NCBI GenBank assembly: GCA_043804515.1
Contig: JAZDIZ010000067.1
Coordinates: forward strand, 1 to 11,464
Length of the DNA: 11,464 nt
Source of the DNA: Pseudomonadota bacterium
GTDB taxonomy: Bacteria; Bdellovibrionota_G; JALEGL01; DATDPG01
Direction: 5' to 3'
Positions 7,828-11,464 of this stretch are shown here, piece by piece. Made by a program: the position numbers and the translations under genes. The notes beneath the pieces are model-generated. The model made no database searches and was not told where the DNA came from. It was given only the letters and a program-made list of their open reading frames with translations. The first letter of the stretch is position 1. Every line of letters begins with the position of its first letter.

Positions 7828-9327
7828 ATGACGATCATTCTGATTATTCTCCTGGCCCTGCAAATTTCCACCATCGCCTTCAACATGCAGTCGTTGCTGC
7901 TGTTCCTGACGCTGGGGGCGATCTCCTACATCTACTTTCTCAACAACCCACTCGGGCATGAGAAGCGGTTCCGGATCCGGAGCTGGCTGAACTGGCTGCC
8001 GATGGGGCTCTTGTACGCCTTCCTTTACATGGGCAGGTACAATCTCACCGTCTGCAAGATCGAACTCGGGACCCTCATGCCGAAAGAAGCGTTCGGCAAC
8101 ATCTTCGCCGCCGGAACGGTGACGTACGCCTTCTCCTTTCTGATCAACGGGCCGCTTGTCGACCGCATCGGCGGGAAACTCGGAATGTTGATCGGCGGAA
8201 TCGGCGCGGCGCTTGCGAATGTCGGGATGGGCATTGTCACGTATCTGTTCGTGAACGGCCGGATCACCACGAACCCGACGCCGATTTACGCGTTTCTCTA
8301 TGCCCTGAATATGTACTTCCAGAGCTATGGCGCCGTTTCAATCGTCAAAGTCAACGCCCATTGGTTTCACGTCAAGGAGCGGGGGGTTTTCAGCGGTGTC
8401 TTCGGGACGCTGATCGCTTTGGGTGTCTATTTCGCCTTCTCCTGGAACCAGGCGATCGCGAATGCCACGAAGCTCATTCCACCGGACAATCTGGGGTTCA
8501 TAGAACGCATCCTGCGGGGCCTCCTGTTCAATCCGAGCGCCACCATGGACCAGACTTGGCTGGTTTTCTTCTTCCCCGCGGGGCTCCTGATCCTCATGGT
8601 GATCGTGGAGGCGTTCCTCCTCAAAAATTCGCCGAAGGACGCGGGATACCCCGACTTTGACACTCACGATATGAGCTCCGGCGAGATGGACCAGAAGTTC
8701 ACCGTCTTTCAGATCGTCAAGAAGGTTCTCACAAACCCGATCATTCTCACGATCGCGTTCATCGAGTTGTGCACCGGGGCGATCCGGGACGGGATCATGC
8801 ATTGGTACCCGATCTACGCGTCCGAGAATATTTCCACCGCCAGCATCTTCTTCAGGAAGAACTGGGGCGAACTCCTTTTCCTGATGGGGAGCTACGGCGG
8901 GTTCTTCACCGGGATCATCTCCGACAAGCTCTTCCAATCCCGGAGAGGGCCCTCGGCGACATTCAACTACGCGGGGATTTTCATTTGTGTCTCCATGATG
9001 GCCCTGGCGCTCCACTGGAATTCCTGGGTCCTCGGGGCCTCCGCGATCTGCGTCACGTTCCTGGTGATCGGCGTCCATGGCATCCTTTCCGGCGTCGCCA
9101 CGATGGATTTCGGCGGAAGGCGGGGAGCCGCCACGGCGGTCGGAATCGTGGACGGTTTTGTTTATCTGGGGGTGGGAACGCAGGCGTTGGCTCTGGGCAG
9201 GATCACCAGCTACGACTGGTCGTACTGGCCGATCTTCCTGATCCCGTTCACGCTCTTAGGAGCGTATCTGGCGTATCGGATCTGGCGGGCGCTACCGAAC
9301 GCTACGCGGAAAGCCGCCGCGCACTGA
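7828..9327 (+). CDS. MFS transporter, organophosphate:phosphate antiporter (GlpT/UhpC/PgtP-like OPA family), 499 aa
   Basis: YMGRYNL and GAIRDGIMHW carry Arg residues matching the two GlpT substrate-binding arginines. Also GPLVDRIGGK, HWFHVKERG, GIISDKLFQSRR, ATAVGIVDGFVYLG. Confidence 0.88.
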   Translation: MTIILIILLALQISTIAFNMQSLLLFLTLGAISYIYFLNNPLGHEKRFRIRSWLNWLPMGLLYAFLYMGRYNLTVCKIELGTLMPKEAFGNIFAAGTVTYAFSFLINGPLVDRIGGKLGMLIGGIGAALANVGMGIVTYLFVNGRITTNPTPIYAFLYALNMYFQSYGAVSIVKVNAHWFHVKERGVFSGVFGTLIALGVYFAFSWNQAIANATKLIPPDNLGFIERILRGLLFNPSATMDQTWLVFFFPAGLLILMVIVEAFLLKNSPKDAGYPDFDTHDMSSGEMDQKFTVFQIVKKVLTNPIILTIAFIELCTGAIRDGIMHWYPIYASENISTASIFFRKNWGELLFLMGSYGGFFTGIISDKLFQSRRGPSATFNYAGIFICVSMMALALHWNSWVLGASAICVTFLVIGVHGILSGVATMDFGGRRGAATAVGIVDGFVYLGVGTQALALGRITSYDWSYWPIFLIPFTLLGAYLAYRIWRALPNATRKAAAH

Positions 9328-9351
9328 CGCTGTTTTCTTGCATTGCCTCGG

Positions 9352-9912
9352 TTAGAGCATTCTGACCAGGACCGAATCCCATGGACACCACCGGCTTCCC
9401 TCGGGGAACAGGCCGCCGGTGTTGGCATTCACACTACACAGGGTGCCGTCGCACACTTCCGTCGAGTTCTCGAAAATTTCGACCGACGGAGGCAAGAGAT
9501 GAAAATTCCAACCTGGATTGAAATCGGACGTGGACCGCATGACGATTCCGCCGACATGCCCGTTCGGCCTGCCGATGTTAGCCATGGCCTGGCAAATTTG
9601 GTTGCAGTCGGTTATTCGGACGACGAATCGCTGCCTCTGGGAACCTTCAAACCCGCAAGTGAATAATTCGGTCGGAGGCTGGCCGGGGGTCGTGACCATC
9701 CCGAGAACAAAATCGGCATACGCGGGGCAAACGCATCCGCCCCCATCGGAGCCGTCATCTTCGGCGATCTGTCTGGCAAGGAGGAATTGCCCATCCGCCC
9801 GGTGTGAATCGCTCTGAATAGGTGCGAGAGCCCGGTCCGCTCCGCAGCCCAGGCACAACGAACAGAGCACGCCGAACGAGACAAGAAACGTTTTCAGGGT
9901 TCGCTCTCTCAT
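9352..9912 (-). CDS. Putative lipoprotein with a BP74-like (CaM-BP46-related) domain, about 186 aa
   Basis: ATG at 9912 gives the signal peptide MRERTLKTFLVSFGVLCSLCLG-C (the track's TTG 9942 is less likely). The C-terminal pattern FVVRITD..I.QA...HVGGIV....FNPGWNFHL.P.SVEIFENSTEVCD...WCPWDSVL matches my recollection of BP74-related proteins. Confidence 0.78.
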   Translation of the reverse strand: MRERTLKTFLVSFGVLCSLCLGCGADRALAPIQSDSHRADGQFLLARQIAEDDGSDGGGCVCPAYADFVLGMVTTPGQPPTELFTCGFEGSQRQRFVVRITDCNQICQAMANIGRPNGHVGGIVMRSTSDFNPGWNFHLLPPSVEIFENSTEVCDGTLCSVNANTGGLFPEGSRWCPWDSVLVRML

Positions 9913-10052
9913 AGGTAAAGGAGAGAGCAAGAACCGGTCCAAGTTTTGTGGGCGAATGTTTTTCGTTATTTCAATGAGTTATCTTTTGGCGGCCGGTGTG
10001 TGAGGGGTTGGAAGCGTAAACTTAAGTTTGCACCCGAGCCGGCCGATCCGAG

Positions 10053-10328
10053 TCAGGTGTTTTGAACGAGGTTCTCGACGAGATCGACCACCCGGGGGAC
10101 GGCGGCCGTAACATCCGGGTGCATCGTGCCCCCGAGCGTTTGGCAGTCGGCGGTCTCCACGGCCACGATCTGGAGATCCCGGGCGATCGATAGGTCCAGC
10201 ATCTTTCCGAGGGCCAGCGATTCGAACAGGCCGACGTAATGGGGGGAGTTTCCCTGGTATTTCGGCAGATCCTTTTCCCGGACGTGGTAAACCGTGCCCG
10301 GTTTCTCCCGTCCCGTTTGAATGGAGTA
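10053..10328 (-). pseudogene. 5'-truncated [NiFe]-hydrogenase maturation protease (HyaD/HybD/HycI family, peptidase A31), C-terminal half only
   Basis: SIQTGREKPGTVY...DL...SPHYVGLFESLALG.MLDL...LQIVAVETADCQTLGGTMHPDVTAAVPRVV matches the family's second half. The conserved Asp before SIQTG is Tyr here, and the N-terminal GN.L..DDG.G segment is absent from the short upstream gap before the divergent gene. Confidence 0.8.
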
Positions 10329-10341
10329 TCTCAGAGTAGCG

Positions 10342-10382
10342 CTCATCAGGCACGGCCCAAATGCAAATTGCCTGCCTGTGAG
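10342..10382. repeat. Imperfect inverted repeat (bulged hairpin) flanked by GAGTAG direct repeats
   Basis: CTCA-t-CAGGCA-c-GGC (10342-10356) pairs with GCC-TGCCTG-TGAG (10370-10382): 13 bp, two single-base bulges, 13-nt loop. GAGTAG at 10334-10339 and 10383-10388. Confidence 0.55.
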
Positions 10383-10394
10383 GAGTAGGGTCTA

Positions 10395-11464
10395 ATGTCC
10401 GAATCACCGATCATGCGGGTACGTCTCTGCATAGCCGCCGGGTGCGTTGCCTTTTTCCTTCTTCTTCTCAGCAGCGGGCGCACGCCGATATGGGGTGATG
10501 CGATCCTGACCTCCTTCGCGGCCCGATCCTTGGTGGACCACAGGACGCCCGACGTGCCGCGCGATCTGCGTGTCGACGTGATCGAAGGAAGGGACGGCCG
10601 TTTTTACTCCAAATATTCCTGGGTCCCCATCCTGCTCTGTGTGCCTCCGGTTTTGGCCGAGCGTTTCCTTCGCTCCGTTAAATCCGGATGGGTCCATCGC
10701 CTCGCGGTCGGCGTTTCCCCGTCCGTGCGCGGGGGGCTTGTGGCTTCAGGAATCGCCGCCATAGGCCTCGCATTCGACATCCCGCCCGCGAGGCTCTTGT
10801 TGGTTTCACTTCTGACGCTCTTCTCCACGCCTCTCTGGTACTACTGCCGGAACTATTATTCGGAGTCCGCACAGGCGGTCCTCCTGGTGTGGCTGTTCTT
10901 TGCGGCGTTAAAGGCGAGGCACTCGCTCGTGCGCCCTCGAGGATGGTTGTTCTTGGCGGGGTTCCTCTCGGGCATGGCGCTCAACACGAAGTTGTTGCTC
11001 TTGGGGTTCGCGGCGTCGTTCGCCGTGTGGTACCTCGTCCCGTTCGGAAGGCGGAAGCTCTCGGATCTGCTCCTTTACGGCGGGCTCGGCTTCACACCCG
11101 GTCTGGCCGCGTGGCTCTGGCTGAACGCCCTCCGTTACGGAAGCTTTTTCTCGATGGGGTACGGCGCGGAGCGCGACGGATCGATCGGCCTTTCGTCGCC
11201 TTTTTGGCCCGGCTTGTACGGGCTTCTTTTCAGCAGCGGAAAAAGCATCTTTGTGTACGCGCCTCTCCTTCTTCTTTCCGTTTGGGGTTCGAAGCGTGCC
11301 TACAAACGCATGGGAAGCGCCGCGTTCGCATTGGTTGTCCCGATTCTTCTCTGGGTGATGGTTGTGGTGAAATGGTGGGATTGGAGCGGGGACGCGGCCT
11401 GGGGGCCGCGTTTGATCGTACCGGCGCTTCCTCTCATGCTGCTCCCGCTCCTGTTCCTGGGGCC
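10395..11464 (+). CDS. GT-C fold lipid-carrier-dependent membrane glycosyltransferase (PMT_2/ArnT-like), partial, runs off the 3' edge
   Basis: Not in the ORF track because it has no stop in the window. SD GAGGAG (10380-10385), ATG 10395, frame open for 356 codons: MSESPIMRVRLC...WGDA...GRDGRFYSKY...PLWYYCRNYYSE...NALRYGSFFSMGY...GLYGLLFSSGKSIFVYAP...WWDWSGDAAWGPRLIVP, with many hydrophobic helices. Confidence 0.85.
   Translation, partial: MSESPIMRVRLCIAAGCVAFFLLLLSSGRTPIWGDAILTSFAARSLVDHRTPDVPRDLRVDVIEGRDGRFYSKYSWVPILLCVPPVLAERFLRSVKSGWVHRLAVGVSPSVRGGLVASGIAAIGLAFDIPPARLLLVSLLTLFSTPLWYYCRNYYSESAQAVLLVWLFFAALKARHSLVRPRGWLFLAGFLSGMALNTKLLLLGFAASFAVWYLVPFGRRKLSDLLLYGGLGFTPGLAAWLWLNALRYGSFFSMGYGAERDGSIGLSSPFWPGLYGLLFSSGKSIFVYAPLLLLSVWGSKRAYKRMGSAAFALVVPILLWVMVVVKWWDWSGDAAWGPRLIVPALPLMLLPLLFLG

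Noticed and set aside
10315..10350. Hammerhead ribozyme (CTGATGAG on the - strand)
   Set aside because: No stem II followed by GAAA is present downstream.
10330..10396. Integron attC site
   Set aside because: The bulged hairpin is suggestive, but there are no complementary RYYYAAC/GTTRRRY boxes, no second site and no integrase in the window.
9979..10407. 142-aa ORF on the - strand and short - strand ORFs at 10404-10872
   Set aside because: These are an alternative frame of the protease remnant and antisense shadows of the GT-C gene, with no motifs.
10323..10430. GGAGTA repeats (10323, 10382) as a target-site duplication whose removal would restore the protease
   Set aside because: Excising the interval gives MIGDSDIRP-YSIQTG, which does not resemble the missing protease N-terminus.
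1..11464. CRISPR array, tRNA/rRNA, transposase, phage or defence genes
   Set aside because: I saw no regularly spaced repeats or cloverleaf, the gaps between recognisable genes are all under about 180 bp, and no ORF has such motifs.

Overview
GC-rich bacterial window (the gene content suggests a deltaproteobacterial/myxobacterial/bdellovibrio-like lineage; this is inference) with ten protein-coding loci, mostly envelope functions. Left to right: the 3' end of a PepD-type dipeptidase (+), a strong hairpin terminator, an OPT-family oligopeptide transporter (-), a POT/PTR-type MFS peptide transporter (-), a BtaB/PmtA-like SAM methyltransferase (-), an AT-rich divergent promoter region, a Cys-rich lipoprotein (+), a CDF metal transporter with three tandem C-terminal domains (-, probably leaderless), a GlpT/UhpC-like MFS antiporter (+), a BP74-like Cys-rich lipoprotein (-), the 3' half only of a [NiFe]-hydrogenase maturation protease (-), and a GT-C membrane glycosyltransferase (+) that runs off the right edge and is absent from the ORF track. 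I see no rRNA, tRNA, CRISPR array, transposase or integrase. I cannot support a complete novel multi-gene system. The best leads are the sharp rearrangement junction near 10325-10395 with a bulged hairpin between short direct repeats, the two uncharacterised lipoproteins, the orphan BtaB-like methylase and the triple-CTD CDF. All family calls come from motif recognition by eye, not database searches.
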